DNA from: Nemertoderma westbladi
Lineage: Eukaryota > Animalia > Xenacoelomorpha
Assembly (NCBI GenBank): GCA_032718475.1
Contig: JAUCBJ010004702.1
Location: 1-36,782, forward strand
DNA: 36,782 bases
Reading direction: 5' to 3'
The notes beneath the pieces are model-generated. The model made no database searches. It was not told the DNA's origin and saw nothing but the letters and a program-made list of their open reading frames with translations. The translations under genes and the position numbers were made by a program. This document shows, piece by piece, positions 1-12,125 of this stretch (within the stretch, counting starts at the first letter, position 1; the number at the start of each line of letters is the position of its first letter).

Positions 1-165
1 GCTGATGATAACCAGAAGTTTGAAACCTAGGTACCGGGTTCGAGCCCCCAATAGGGCCGGTTGATATTTTTCGCTATGGAGAGCATTATCATATTGTCCT
101 ATTTACAATGTATATTTGATTCACCGCGTCACTCGCCCAACAACAATTCACTTATTATTATTAAT
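1..165 (+). mobile_element. tRNA-related SINE-like element, cut by the window edge, with a candidate minimal hammerhead ribozyme
   Basis: B-box GGTTCGAGCCC at 37-47, preceded by a tRNA-like AGGTACCG; ends in (TTA)n near 152-163. Hammerhead core motifs CTGATGA (2-8) and GAAAC-CTAG-GTA (22-33). Confidence 0.55.
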
Positions 166-723
166 TTATAATAATATTATGCGGCACTAATTAATCTGTG
201 AAGCGTTTTCTTCACCACGGTTGGTTGCAGTTTGATTTGTAAATGGAAGATGCAAATAAATAAAGTTCAAAGTACATGTTTTGAGGGCAAAATGCAAAAT
301 TGAGGATAATACCACAACCCAGACACTATATCTTAACAACAATATCGTCGTTTAAGAAACCCCCAGAGTTTGATCCAGGAATTATGAAGTTTAGAGAACG
401 GACGTTGATTTGCGGTCTCGCATTACTGCCATATTTCGAAAATTAAAAGGTTAATATAGGTTTAGGGCGCTAGATATAGATAAATTAGAGACTGATTATG
501 ATATGGACAAGCTAATTCCTGTATTGGATAAAGTCTTTCCTATACAGGCAAAAATAATGAATTTGCTTTTGAACATTTTACTAGAATATGTAGGAGAATT
601 TGATCGCTTATTGAATAAAATGCAAGTTCATGGAATGAACTTTATAACTAAAAAAGCCATCAAACTGGCTGTAAACGAAACTGCCTAAACTTTAAATCCA
701 AATTTAAAGATTAAATAAAAAAT

Positions 724-800
724 ACCTGATCCGGGACCGGGATCGAACGCAGTAGTAGCACATCTTAAGTCTGGCGTTTAAATGAGTGAGCTAACGAAGA
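724..800 (-). mobile_element. Degenerate tRNA-derived SINE head or tRNA pseudogene
   Basis: Minus strand reads GTTAGCTCACTC...CCAGACTTAAGAT...GCGTTCGATCCCGG: A-box-like and B-box motifs at tRNA spacing, but the cloverleaf is broken. Confidence 0.5.
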
Positions 801-1544
801 TAATCACAACAACAACAACAATAATTATATTCTTTTGAGGGTCCAACTTTCCAACAACGACAACCTTCCTCAATAAAGAGGAAGTTTCGCTGAGGTAATA
901 ACAGATCAACTTATTGATTCTGCATGCTGGTTTGAATGATTATGCACATTGGATAATCGTAGCTACAGCCAGTCTTGCCCTTGATAAAGTCAAGGAGGGT
1001 TTGAATGTAGGACTAGGAAAATTGATCCATGGACAATTGCTCAGTATAAGAAAAAATGAGTAAGGTCTTCCTAACTAGCTATTAGGTTCCTAACTTGTTA
1101 CAACACGAAATATACCAACATACTTCTACTACTACTGCATGGGTTAGCAAGTACCACCGGTACCATGGAACGGACATAGGCTTCAGTCAGCGATGTTGGA
1201 ATTGGAATTGTTTAATTGACATTAAATATAAAAAATAAAGTAGAGCTAAACAATAAGAACATATACAAAAGACACGTATAGCCATTATAAACAATGAACA
1301 TGTGAAAATAGTATGGTTGTATGACGTAAATAAAATTTAAAAATATCAAATTATACGTAGGCCTAGTGTGAATAAAATTGTCGATTTATACACAGATACA
1401 TACAGTTTCGGTCACGATGCAGTCGGTCACAGTACAGTCCTGCTTCATAATGGTGTTCGCAATCGCAAGGGTAATTCTGTTGTGATCATATCACGGCAGA
1501 ACTGATGTGTTGTGATTTTATAAGATAATAGTGGTGTATCTAAT

Positions 1545-1615
1545 GTCGGGGATAGCCCCAAGAGACAGAGTCTCGTTTCCATGGGGTCCCCAGTTATGTT
1601 ATTGTTCTGTTATGT
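1545..1615 (+). mobile_element. Probable 3' end of a LINE/SINE (stem-loop plus short tandem tail)
   Basis: GGGGATAGCCCCA...TGGGGTCCCC stem with an inner GAGAC/GTCTC hairpin, followed by (TTATG/TTCTG)n. Confidence 0.3.
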
Positions 1616-2079
1616 AGGCCTAAATGAACATTCATATGCATACTGCAATACTGATCTAACAGACTTTTGATTAAAGATACAATGCCCCCAAGCCCCAACT
1701 GCCAAATAATCGAATAACTCACAGGGAATGTCTTATATCGAATGCACGAATCTACTGGAATACGCACCTATAACCCAACCCCCTCACAATCACAGAAATG
1801 CCACCTAAGCGAGGTATCAGCATCATCTTCAGTTTTTCCCCTGAGGCCAAGCCAAGCATACAAACGTCGAAATGTACTCTCCGACATCCAACAGTCGCCC
1901 AACTCCGACAGTCCCCATTGACATTACTAGTAGTATGTTCAATGACTTTGCCGATAAACTACACTATTTGCGAAGTTCGAGTGTAAGTTCATTACTATGG
2001 CAGCGACTTAGCACTATCATTTGAGGAGTGTCCATACCTTTGTATAACCTGCCTTTCTACCCACTATTATTTACACAGG

Positions 2080-2590
2080 CTATCACTGAAGATCGATTCT
2101 GATTCTCAATACGCTAGATGGAAAACGATATTCATATCGGGCCCATTGGCAGACTGCTGCTGCTTCTGGAGACCCTAAACAGGTGGATAATCTGGTCACC
2201 TCCACTGAATCCCACTGTGGTCTGACAGCATTTGACATCTATAAGCACACATCCCGTATCCACCCAAGCCCCAATAAAAAGAGCATAATCATTAAGTTTG
2301 CTTCATACAGAATGAGGGATTCGTTTTACAGATTGCTTGCGAAACTTAAAACATTGGTGACACGAGAACGAATCGAGCTCCTTACCCCCTACTGGGCAGC
2401 AATGGAATACGATTGTCGGAAACTCGTGAAGAACAAGAAGATAGTTAATGTCTGATCTCAAGACGGCTCGCTATACCTGAAGACTACCAACAATGTGGTT
2501 ATCCAGATCAGGACGATGTCCTCATTGATATTTTGAAGACGGCTAGCATCACCAACAACGAATTACACGATCTTATAGACTCAAACTTAT
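2080..2590 (+). pseudogene. LINE ORF1-like relic (L1 transposase-like RRM plus C-terminal domain)
   Basis: Reading ...IFISG...SRIHPSPNKKSIIIKFASYRMRDSFY...ELLTP...RKLVKNKKIVNV*SQDGSLYLK follows the R-x(n)-IIVKF / E-x-LT / W-x-x-DG pattern of CR1/L2/L1 ORF1 proteins. Contains stops and frameshifts. Recognised by eye only. Confidence 0.55.
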
Positions 2591-2964
2591 AGAAATTATC
2601 GATTAAAACAATAAGTTTAATTATAGTTAAACCCTAGTACTCCACCGCTTTAACAGTTAACTGGGTTCATAAACCAAGCAGTTGCCACCGATAAAGCCAT
2701 TTTCCTTTTTCACTTTTTTTAACTGAACGAATGGCATGTTAGCTGTATGTATATACCAGTAAATTCTTTAAGTGCAGGATTGTCAGCTTGGAACTATTAC
2801 TTTATATAGCAGTTTAATATTTTTCCGAACACTTTATATACTGGTTTACTTTTTTCTCTCTTAACTAACTTTAACAATTATTACTGGCAGACTGGTATAC
2901 AATGGATCAGACCGGCTTTTTGAGCTGCACAGCTTTAAGAAGGCGGAATTTGGCAACTAAATGA

Positions 2965-3170
2965 ACTAATAATTAATGAAGTTAAGAAGTATCCATGTAT
3001 TTATGTTGTGACTTCAAAGGATAATGATGCATAATTGATGCACCATTGAAGCGCAATGCATGGGAGGAGGAGATTGTGCAAACTTTAGATGAGATAGATA
3101 TCAATGGCGAGTGTGTAAAAAAGAAATGGAATCTGCTACAAGATGCATTCTGCAGAACAAAGAAATCAAA
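2965..3170 (+). pseudogene. MADF (Myb/SANT-like) domain relic, typical of the PIF/Harbinger DNA-binding ORF
   Basis: LIINEVKKYPCIYVVTSKD followed by KRNAWEEEIVQTL...GECVKKKWNLLQDAFCR matches MADF hallmarks (LI..V...P..YD, AW..I, KKKW..L.D.F). The frame is disrupted. Confidence 0.7.
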
Positions 3171-3820
3171 GGAGCTTGTGCATAATTATTTAAAAATATT
3201 AACATGCAAGGAAATTAATCTTCACCAACTAAGACGAAAGTGTCCTCCAGATTGCTTCCTGGTAAAGTACAGGTGCCCGGGATTTCAACCTTATTATCGT
3301 CAAACCTTTGCCAAAATCTTGCCAAAGAAAATGTGAAAATGTATCCAATGTCTACAAAAGTAAATTTGTAGTTGGAATCAGCGATAGCCATGATAACAAC
3401 AGAGTGATAGCCTTTCTAGTTGTAATAAAGTGAACCACAATTGGGTGGAGGCCCATGGAGCTTTAATAGCTATGTGTTTGCCATCGAGGGCACCAATGCA
3501 GTTTGGAAATTGCAAGATTCCCAAAACCCATCAGCGCTCAATTTAAATTCTGCAACACTTGATGGGGCACTTTTATGTACTCCTCAAGTGAGGTCCATGA
3601 AGCCTCATGTTTTTTTAATAATTAGAGAAACTGTAGACTTGTGGATAAAGTAGTTATATGTGATACTGGTCATAGAATCACTGCTGATAAAGTGTGAAAC
3701 TTTAAAATAGTTTCAGACTATAAGAATAGGACCATACTAAAGTACTTATTTTATTAAAGTTACATGAACTAATAATATATGCGAAATCATATTTACTTTA
3801 TTCATTTCTAAATTTACCTT

Positions 3821-3874
3821 GGGGGCAATTGTCCGCTGGGCAATTGTTCTCGGGGGGCAATTGTCTGTAGAGCC
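3821..3874. mobile_element. Orphan terminus of a Mutator-like MITE (subterminal GGGCAATTGT repeats)
   Basis: Three GGGCAATTGT units ending in ...TGTAGAGCC, the same architecture as the MITE end at 12100-12125. No partner end found. Confidence 0.4.
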
Positions 3875-4722
3875 ATTGATCTGTGACCGTTTTCTAACAG
3901 TTCTCAAAATGCTGAAACAACATGACTGAGTTCAATTATGGTAAAAACTTATCCTACATTTATTGGAAATATTCAAACATTCATTTATGACACAATCAAA
4001 CACTAATTTATTCTGATTACTTAAATACATGGGGCCAGGAGAAGGTAGTGATGTATTATGGACAAATCGAGGACAACAGGCTGGGTCTCACTCTCTCTGG
4101 GGGAATATTGACATGTAGGCCTAATGGTCGAATTCCAGCACCTAGCACATCAAATCTGTGTCGTATTTGCAATTCTTCTATGCATTGGGCACAGTCTTGC
4201 CTAATGTCATAAGGGTATGTAGAGATGCCGCAATTGTAACTCAGTTCTTCATTATGCAGAAAGATCAAATGTCATGCTGTAAGTATTGTGATTCAGTTTT
4301 GTGCTCCATAAATATGTGTCATGTCAGTATTCTGCAGAATTAAACCCATGATGAATTGTTTATTTTGTCTTATTTGTTTATTGTTTATTATTGTTTATTT
4401 AAGTGTTTATGTTTCACCAACCTCGGATTTACAATCAGCTTAAGCTACTTACTGTCTGTCAACTAATAACCAACTTCGATATTGGTTGCAATTGGAAGGA
4501 ATAAATGCCATTGATTTGCTAGAGAACATTGGTTCTGAATGGAAAGATGTTGAGAAAGCACTCATTGAAAAACTATGCTGTTATGAACCATGCTGAAAAT
4601 GATAAAAACTACTATGTGACTGGGTATATAACTCTAAAATTACCAGAGTTAGATAATAGTTCTCGGCCTGGTCGAGTCAACAGTAAGTTTGTTGATGAAT
4701 TTTCGAGGGGTAGACTAATTAT

Positions 4723-6155
4723 TAGGGTGGAGTGAAAAAAATTTTTTCGTTACTTTTAAGGGAAGCACTATTTTTCTGATGCCAAATCGGTCTAAACTAA
4801 CATTGCAAAAAAAAATTTTTGATTTTGAAAAATTCTAAGCGGGCCTCACGACACTTGAAAATTTCAAATTTTTGGGAACGCAATGCCAGTTTTGAAATTC
4901 TTAGATATTTTGTATTTTTGATAAAAGTTTTTTTGTTTAATAAAAGTTTAAAAATTTTTGATATTTATTATAAAGGATACCAGTCATACCAGAAAACCGA
5001 ACTGACTAGCAAATCATGTGTGATGTGTTCTAGATCTTGCATCCGCGCTTCTAGCCACACTGGTATGCCACTTCACTGCAGTATCTCTGTACGTAGGACC
5101 TAACTGTGGCCCTCTTGCTGTCTTAATATTAAATACCGCAACATCTGCACTTTAACTGTTCAACATTTAGCAGATGACAAGATCCAACACTAACAATACT
5201 TGAATACTGGAATACACTAATACCAGAATACACCATTAATGTGCCTCTACCGAATGACCAGTAAAACTGTTGAAATGCATGCTGATTGGTTACTGTTCCT
5301 TGGTTGCCGGGCAACAATGGTTTCTGTGTAGTATTAGACACTTTCAACTTATTTTTTAGCAGCATATTAGGTAAAATTTAATGCTATTTAATGCCAATCA
5401 TTTTTTCACTGTTTTCTGGACAGTTTATAGTTGTCCCTATGTTTTACGTAAATTACTTAATGGTGTGCTATGCGAGGAGTACATTTAAGATTACCAACTC
5501 AGTGTAATACATGTTTTAAATTTCCTGTTGATCAATATTTTTACTTTTTCCGGGTGCATTATAGTGTTTTTCATTTGTTTTTCTAGTGCTTTACTGTTTT
5601 ACTAGTGTTTTCCTAATTTAGAATTATCCTTCTTCCTATACCTACTGTTGTTTATAATACTTATTGGGAATTTGATCCAAAGGTAAATTCACAGCCAGCA
5701 AGCTGGGTTTCTAGTATTGAAATATAGTTGTAATCAAATCAGGGGACGTGGTTTTCACTCAGGAAGAACTCCAAACCCCAGTAGTAAATCGATTTCAACT
5801 ATAGAGACTAAGAAGTAGGTTTGCTGTATTTTAAGGGTGAAATTTGGCAAATTTTGCAAAATTTTAAAGGCCATGAGGCTGGGGTAGATTTATATGAAAA
5901 TCACAATTTCACATTTTGTGTTTATTTCCAACCTATTTGACATTAAATATTTGCATCTTCTTTAACTTTTATCAAAAATACAAAATATCTGGGATTTTTA
6001 AAACTGGCATTGCCTTCTCGAAAATTTGAAATTTTCAGGTGTCGTGAGGCCCGCTTAGAATTTTTCGAAATCAAAATTTTTTTTTTGCAAAGTTAGTTTA
6101 GACCGATTTGGCATCAGAAAAATAGTGCTTCCCTTAAAAATAAAGAAAAAAGTTT
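4723..6155. mobile_element. Non-autonomous DNA transposon with ~200-bp terminal inverted repeats (possibly hAT)
   Basis: 4723-4929 is the near-perfect reverse complement of 5964-6155 (e.g. GGGAAGCACTATTTTTCTGATGCCAAATCGGTCTAAACTAAC / GTTAGTTTAGACCGATTTGGCATCAGAAAAATAGTGCTTCCC). The left end starts TAGGGTG. The extreme right tip is lost, so no TSD can be read. Confidence 0.8.
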
Positions 6156-6219
6156 TGGGTTACTTCTTCGTGCAAGGTGTTCCATCTGAAACCAGAAAAT
6201 GTTAGCGTTAGCTTGATAT

Positions 6220-6668
6220 TGTAATGACGCTAATTGTGAGGACATTCAATATTTGGGTTCCCGAAAAGGCTTGCCAAACATTTTTATATTGCGTACAAAA
6301 ATTAATTTCTGACCAGCTTCAGAAGAAGAAGCATAGAAGCGAGAGTAAAGTAAAATTTTTAATTGTTATTTTACTGTTCAGTTGAATAATAGTATTATTA
6401 ATGATATTAATAATTAATGATATTAATGATAATTAATAAAATAAAAATTAATATATGATATTAATGATAATTAATAAGAATATTAATGATGCTTCATGAT
6501 AATTCAAACTTGAATACAATGAATGTGTTAAACAATGGAACACTAAATAAAATAATACTGATATTTAGTATTTTTAGTATATTTAGAGTTATCTGGTTAT
6601 ATTTATCTGTATATTTTATTATTCTATGCTTACAAGTTAATATGATTACCTATATCACCACTATTACA
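6220..6668. mobile_element. Possible solo LTR
   Basis: Bounded by TGTAAT...ATTACA inverted ends. No TSD and no match to the Gypsy 3' LTR. Confidence 0.25.
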
Positions 6669-6889
6669 TGAGCAATGTTGTAAGAAACTATATACTACAT
6701 TGTGTTAATATATTTATTGATGCAATACTTTGGCTTGGTTGTGGGTTTTAACTTATAACTGGCTTTCCTATATCGGTGGTAAGCACCAGTACAACTGTTT
6801 TTAGGTCTGTGCAGTGAGACCTCTTGTATTCACTCCATTGTTGTTGGTGTTGTTAATTTCTCGTTAGGTTTTGGTATTAAGGATTGATA

Positions 6890-6975
6890 CAGCCCAGTGG
6901 CTCAGTTGGCAGAGCGTGGGATTTGGAATCTCTAGGTACCGAATTCAATCCCCCATTCAAGTGAATGTTTTTTGT
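6890..6975 (+). mobile_element. Short (86 bp) tRNA-derived retroposon with TSD
   Basis: A-box TGGCTCAGTTGG, degenerate B-box AATTCAATCCC and T-run end. Flanked by TTAAGGATTGATA (6877-6889) and TTAAGGATTGGTA (6976-6988). Confidence 0.75.
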
Positions 6976-7099
6976 TTAAGGATTGGTAGGAATTCAAGGA
7001 AACGGTTCATGCGTTTTTGATCTTTGCGTGATTTCACGCTTGTTTTATACGTACTATTCTGTACTAGATGTACTGGATGTGATATAATTCAAACTTTTT

Positions 7100-7456
7100 A
7101 CTATGGGGTCGCCAGCATTTGTGTCTACTGCTGTTGACAGTGACATAGAACCATTCAAAAGATGGTGTAAATCTGAGAGAAGATGTTCAGTTGTTAACTG
7201 CTCAGGTTAGTCTCTTGGGAGAGCTGAAAAGGGGCAGCCAGTTACAACTAAGAACATGTATGTCCTTAGAAGAAGCTGTAAGAAATGTAGTTTACGTATA
7301 GAAGAAGGTGATGGTGTTTACTGTGATCATTGTTTTCATTGTGGCAGCTCAGATCAATATGCTCGTAGTTGCAGGAATAGAGCCAAGAATGTAAGTGAAT
7401 ATCGGAATCAGGGAAACTCATGCCAGCCGTTTCCAAGGGACAGGCAACGGTCATGA
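7100..7456 (+). pseudogene. gag: Gypsy gag C-terminus with Cys/His knuckle
   Basis: CKKC...CDHCFHCGSSDQYARSC: a CX2CX4HX4C knuckle with H changed to Q, directly upstream of the protease. Confidence 0.75.
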
Positions 7457-7569
7457 TAACTTTTCAAAGTCCTCTAAAAAAGACATTGTTTCGGGTAGTA
7501 CATCTTCATCTTATGGTGAAGAAATTGAACTTTGTAGTCTGGTTACTAGTAGCAATGAGGCGAACAATA

Positions 7570-10500
7570 GTAGTCGTCAGTAAAGTTGGTGGGGTATAGA
7601 TGTACTATAAGATGCTGGTTAGGTGATGTAATGTCTGAGGCTCTTTGGGATTCTGGAACACAGGTTAGTGTGGTATCTAGTGTTTGGATTACTGAGAAAT
7701 GCATGGTATAACAATAAGACCAATTAGTGAACTCCTGGATTCTGACATTTTAATTCGGGCAGCAAATGGTTCTACAAATCCCTATTTGTTGGATTCCTCT
7801 TCCATTTCAGCTAATGGACTTTCCAGGAAATCAAATTGCTAAAGTGTCAAACATTTGTCTAGAAGTTCCAGTATTAGTGACAACTACAAAAAGTCTAGTC
7901 TAAAAAGGGGTAGCTCAGTTGGTCGAGCGCCGGGCCTGCAATCTATTGGTTGTAGGTTCAGCCCCGCCAGGGTCCACTCAGCCTTTCATCCACTGGGGTC
8001 GATGAAATGAGTACCAGTTAAATAACTGGGAGCAAATCTTGGAATAGGAGTAGCGCCCACCCCTACCGTCGGGTAGCAGCTATTGAAAGAGGACCCTTCG
8101 GGTCGCCTCCGGCTTCGGCCAACTGTTTGCTTTTTTGCTTTTACAAAAAGTCTAGTTCAACCAATCATAGGTTGTAATGTTATTGAGGTTTATTTGGAAA
8201 TGTGCAAGGATTTGGAAGTAACAGCCATAGACCTATTTTTAATTCTTTAATTTATTGCTTCGGCGATAGGGATTTCAGTTAGTCAAGCTAGTGATTTTGT
8301 AAATAAGGTCCTTACTGATAATGAAATTATTATGGTTCCTGCAAGAACTAACAAGTAACCCATGTTGATTGAACCAGGAATAAATTGGGATAATTTGCAT
8401 TCATTGAAATCATTGATTGCAAAGGATGTGATGTTATTTCAAGTGGATGGTAATTTTCTTGAATCAATCCTGGATGTTGCGGTTATGGAAGACTTGTATC
8501 AGTTGATGATTCAGATAACTTGCTTTCTACGATATCAATTCTCATTGAAAACAATGGCCCAAATGTTTAGAGATTACTACCATTAAACAGTGGTTGAACA
8601 TCTTTCTTTTGTAATGTCATTTTTTCCAATTAGTCTTCTTCAATCTGATGATGAGACTGAAGGTACACTGATTTATGATTTAAATAAAGAGTCAACAAAT
8701 TTAATGACCAAATTGAGAATTATGATCAACAAAACCTTCTCCGTTTTCTACTTCATGAGAATAAAGATTTATTTGTCAAGGATTCATTTGATATTGGCAA
8801 TATGCCTTCATTACAAATGGACATGAAGCTTACAGACTCAGTTCCAGTTAAGAAATCCTATCAGTCTATACCTCATAATATGTATAAGGAAGTAAAAGAT
8901 TATTTGAGTGATCTTATACGAAAGGGATTTGTAGAAAATCTAACTCTCCTTATTCAGCTCCACTTATTTGTGTCAGAAAGAAATGTGGTGGATTGAGAAT
9001 TTGTGTAGATTACCGAGGTTTAAATAAGAAACTGGTTAGGGATGAACATCCCCTACCTAAAGTGCAGGATTTATTAGACAATCTGGGAGGTGGTACACTT
9101 TATTAGATCAAGCCAAAGCATATCATCAGGGGTATATAAAAGAGAAATATCGCCCTTATACCGCTTTTGTTACTCCATGGGGCCAATATCAATGGATACG
9201 GATTCCATTTGGAATTTCGAATGGTCCTAGTTGTTTTCAGCGAAAGATGGAAGATACTTTTGAGGATATGCATGATGAATGTTGTAACCCATTTCAAGAT
9301 GATACTTTGTTGTATGATACTACTTTTGGACAACATTTGGAAACCATAAAGATGGCTTTCAGAAATTATGAGAAGTTGGAGCCAAGCTTAAGATAGAGAA
9401 ATGCATATTGTTTCATCATCAAGTTAAATTTCTGGGATTTATGGTTAGTTCGAGTGGATATTATATAGATCCTATGGTTAAAGGTGATGTATTCAATATC
9501 CAAGATTCAAATATAGAGACTGTTGTTGAGCTCCATCGTTGCTAGGTTTCCTTAGTTATTATAGCCGATTTATTCGAAACTTTGCGCAGAACGCGGCTAA
9601 TCTTTTTGATATATTAAAGACTGGTGACGCACCCGTTAAAAAACAGGCAAAGGCTTTCTAGTGAAAAAATTCAGCTTAATAATGAACATTTAAAGACACT
9701 ACATTCACTTGTAAATGAAGTAGTTGGAACTGAAATAATGGCATACCCTGATTTTGAGAAGCCATTTATTCTTACAACTGATGCTAGTAATCATGGGCTT
9801 GGAGGAGTATTGTATCAGAAACAGGCATAGTTGTTGCTTTTGCCACACGATCAATGACCCAGACTGAGAAAAACTATCACTTGCATTCAGGAAAGCTAAA
9901 ATTTTTAGCATTAAAGTGGCTCATCACAGATAAGTTTAGGGATTACTTGTTATATGCTCCAAAGTGAATCCGAGTTTGGCAAGAGTATGCAACCAGGTAT
10001 AAAGTTATTGTGGAAAGAATCTCGGAAACTTTTTATAAAGAATGGCCTTTTATTTCGTAAGTTTAAATAAACATCGCAGGTGGTTCTTCCAAAGTGTTAT
10101 AAGACTTTGTATTAGATGAATTACATGTTAAAATGAGCCATCCAGCTTTTGAAAGAACATTGAGTTTAATACGAGATCGTTTTTATTGGCTACACAATAC
10201 ACATGACAGCTGATGGAGAAACATATATCAATAGACGATATCCGTCTTTTCAGTGAAAACATCCTTGATAGAGCTCCAATGGTTTCAATTCATACGACTA
10301 AACCATTTGAATTGATTTCTCTAGATTTTCTGCTCGTTGAAAATCAAATTCAAAAGACAGGCTTTAAGTACATATTACTCCTAGTGGATCATTTCACCCG
10401 ACATGCTGAATGTTATCCAACAAGAAATAAGGAAAGGAAAACAGCTGCTGAAAAGCTCTTCAGTGAATGTATACCTTGTTATGGATTTCCACACCTATCT

Positions 10501-10800
10501 TGCATGATCAGGGATGAGAATTTGATAATAAATTATTTAAATGTTTAGCTGAGATCACAGGTATAAAGTGTTCAAGAACAATGCCCTATCATCCCATATG
10601 TGATGGAAAGACTGAACGTTTCAATATAACTCTTCTTAACATGTTGATAAATTTAACTGATATCGAGAAGGTGCATTGGCCCAAGCATCTGAATAAAGTG
10701 GTGCAGCATATAACTCTATACACCATTCTTCTACAGAATTTGCTCGATTTTATTTGCTTTTTGGGCGATCCCTGCATCTCCCTATTGATTTAGGTTTTCA
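7570..10800 (+). pseudogene. pol: Gypsy pol pseudogene (PR-RT-RH-IN)
   Basis: Protease ALWDSGTQVSVV (~7640). RT LRICVDYRGLNKK...PLPKVQDLLDNLG, TAFVTPWGQYQWIRIPFGISNGPSCFQR, catalytic motif decayed to FQDD (~9295). RNase H AYPDFEKPFILTTDASNHGLGGVLYQ. Integrase LHVKMSH...RDRFYW, PFELISLDF...LLLVDHFTR, PYHPICDGKTERFN. Confidence 0.93.
7900..8141 (+). mobile_element. Full-length tRNA-derived SINE with Meta-type central domain, inserted in Gypsy pol
   Basis: A-box TAGCTCAGTTGG (7911); B-box GGTTCAGCCC with a 1-nt loss; core GTCCACTCAGCCTTTCATCC...GGGGTCGATGAAATGAGTACC resembles the MetaSINE domain as I recall it; TTTGCTTT tail; perfect 15-bp TSD TACAAAAAGTCTAGT at 7885-7899 and 8142-8156. Confidence 0.9.
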
Positions 10801-11469
10801 GGATTGTGAGAGTAGTGAGGAAGATAACTTGACTTCACCTTCAAAGTATGTTGATAGATATAAACAGACGATGGCTGAAGCATACAAGTTATCTGAACCA
10901 GAATCTACGGAAAGTTCTGATGATGACGAAGGATATATAGGTTTATTACCTCCTTGCTATAACATTTCTGGGATTGATGACTCAATTATAACAAACTCTG
11001 CAGTTCAATCACCTCCGGAATTGAACTCAGCAGCTTCTCCTTTTCAACCCTGTGATAATGGTGAGAGTTGATGAGAATCCTAATGTTGCAACATGTTGCC
11101 GTAAATATCGTTGGCAACACACACTAAGAAGTCCTTATCAACTGTGTAGTCATCAACCAACACCAGCATCTGGTGTTACTCATTTGCAGTATATTTCTAC
11201 AGATTCTGCTGCCTTTATTAATAACCTCCATGTTCAGCAGCACGATTATCCTGTCAATCGTTGTTCTTATGAACAACTACTTATTGTTCTGAATTCAACC
11301 CTGCAGCAACTATTCGGTTATCTCCCCAGTTATATTATTGTACACTGTTACATAAGTATCAGCTCCAACCACCATATCAGTTCCATGTTCATTTTTTCTA
11401 GAGTTTAGGTTTTTGTATATATCTATATTGCCTGAAGTTGCAATTTTTTTTATTATCTGTGTTTATAAT

Positions 11470-12125
11470 GGATGTAGGACAATTCGGTCCCGGACAATTC
11501 CCGGAGAATTAGGCCTAAACTGTTGCTGATTATATTAATTACCAACAATATTGACGATATTATAACAGTCCCTGAATGAGATCCAGCTATTATCTAGGAT
11601 AATAATTTAGGCTTGTTAACCAACCAACAACACATACAGTATACTTACGCTATATATAAAAAAAATCAGTTTTAAACATTTTAAATACATACCATTACTA
11701 GATAGTAAATAATTCACAAGCTCCATAAAAACACCATAGCTACCATAACTAATAATGTTAACAAAAAAAAGTAAAATTTTCTTTATTTTCCAAAAAATAC
11801 TAGCTAGTAAAAAAAACACAAACTACCATATAATAATATATATTAAGGTTCTAGAACATTTACCATTATATAGTACCAATTAAATTTGGTCCCGGACAAT
11901 TCGGTCCTGGACAATTCGGTCCCGGACAATTCGGTCCTGGACAATTCGGTCCCGGACAATTCGGTCCCGGCTAATTCGGTCCCATTAATATGCATGTTTT
12001 GGGACCGAATTGTCCTAGTCAGTATCCGGACAATTCGGTCCCGGACAATTCGGTCCCGGACAATTCGGTCCCGGACAATTCGGTCCCAAAACACAAAATT
12101 AATGGGACCGAATTGTCCTGCTTCC
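11470..12125. mobile_element. Mutator-like (MULE) non-autonomous element with 15-bp internal tandem repeats
   Basis: TIRs GGATGTAGGACAATTCGGTCCC / GGGACCGAATTGTCCTGCTTCC; exact 9-bp TSD GTTTATAAT at 11461-11469 and 12126-12134; arrays of GGACAATTCGGTCCC at 11888-11983 and 12027-12087. Confidence 0.88.

Noticed and set aside
503-688. 61-aa ORF as a gene
   Set aside because: Short, no recognisable motif and no supporting splice context.
855-910. Minus-strand hammerhead (CGAAAC-TTCCTC...GAGGAAG hairpin)
   Set aside because: The hairpin is real, but there is no CUGANGA box or helix II upstream and the cleavage triplet is out of register.
4030-4340. MULE transposase remnant on the minus strand (…AYMSIFPQ…ACCPRF…)
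   Set aside because: Only a faint resemblance through several stops; not supportable without an HMM search.
6220-6668. 5' LTR of the Gypsy element
   Set aside because: No similarity to the sequence after the PPT at 12501 and no clear primer-binding site after it.
6891-6962. Functional tRNA gene (also considered at 724-800 and 7905-7970)
   Set aside because: Acceptor and T stems are broken, B-boxes are degenerate in two of the three, and TSDs or a SINE body indicate retroposons.
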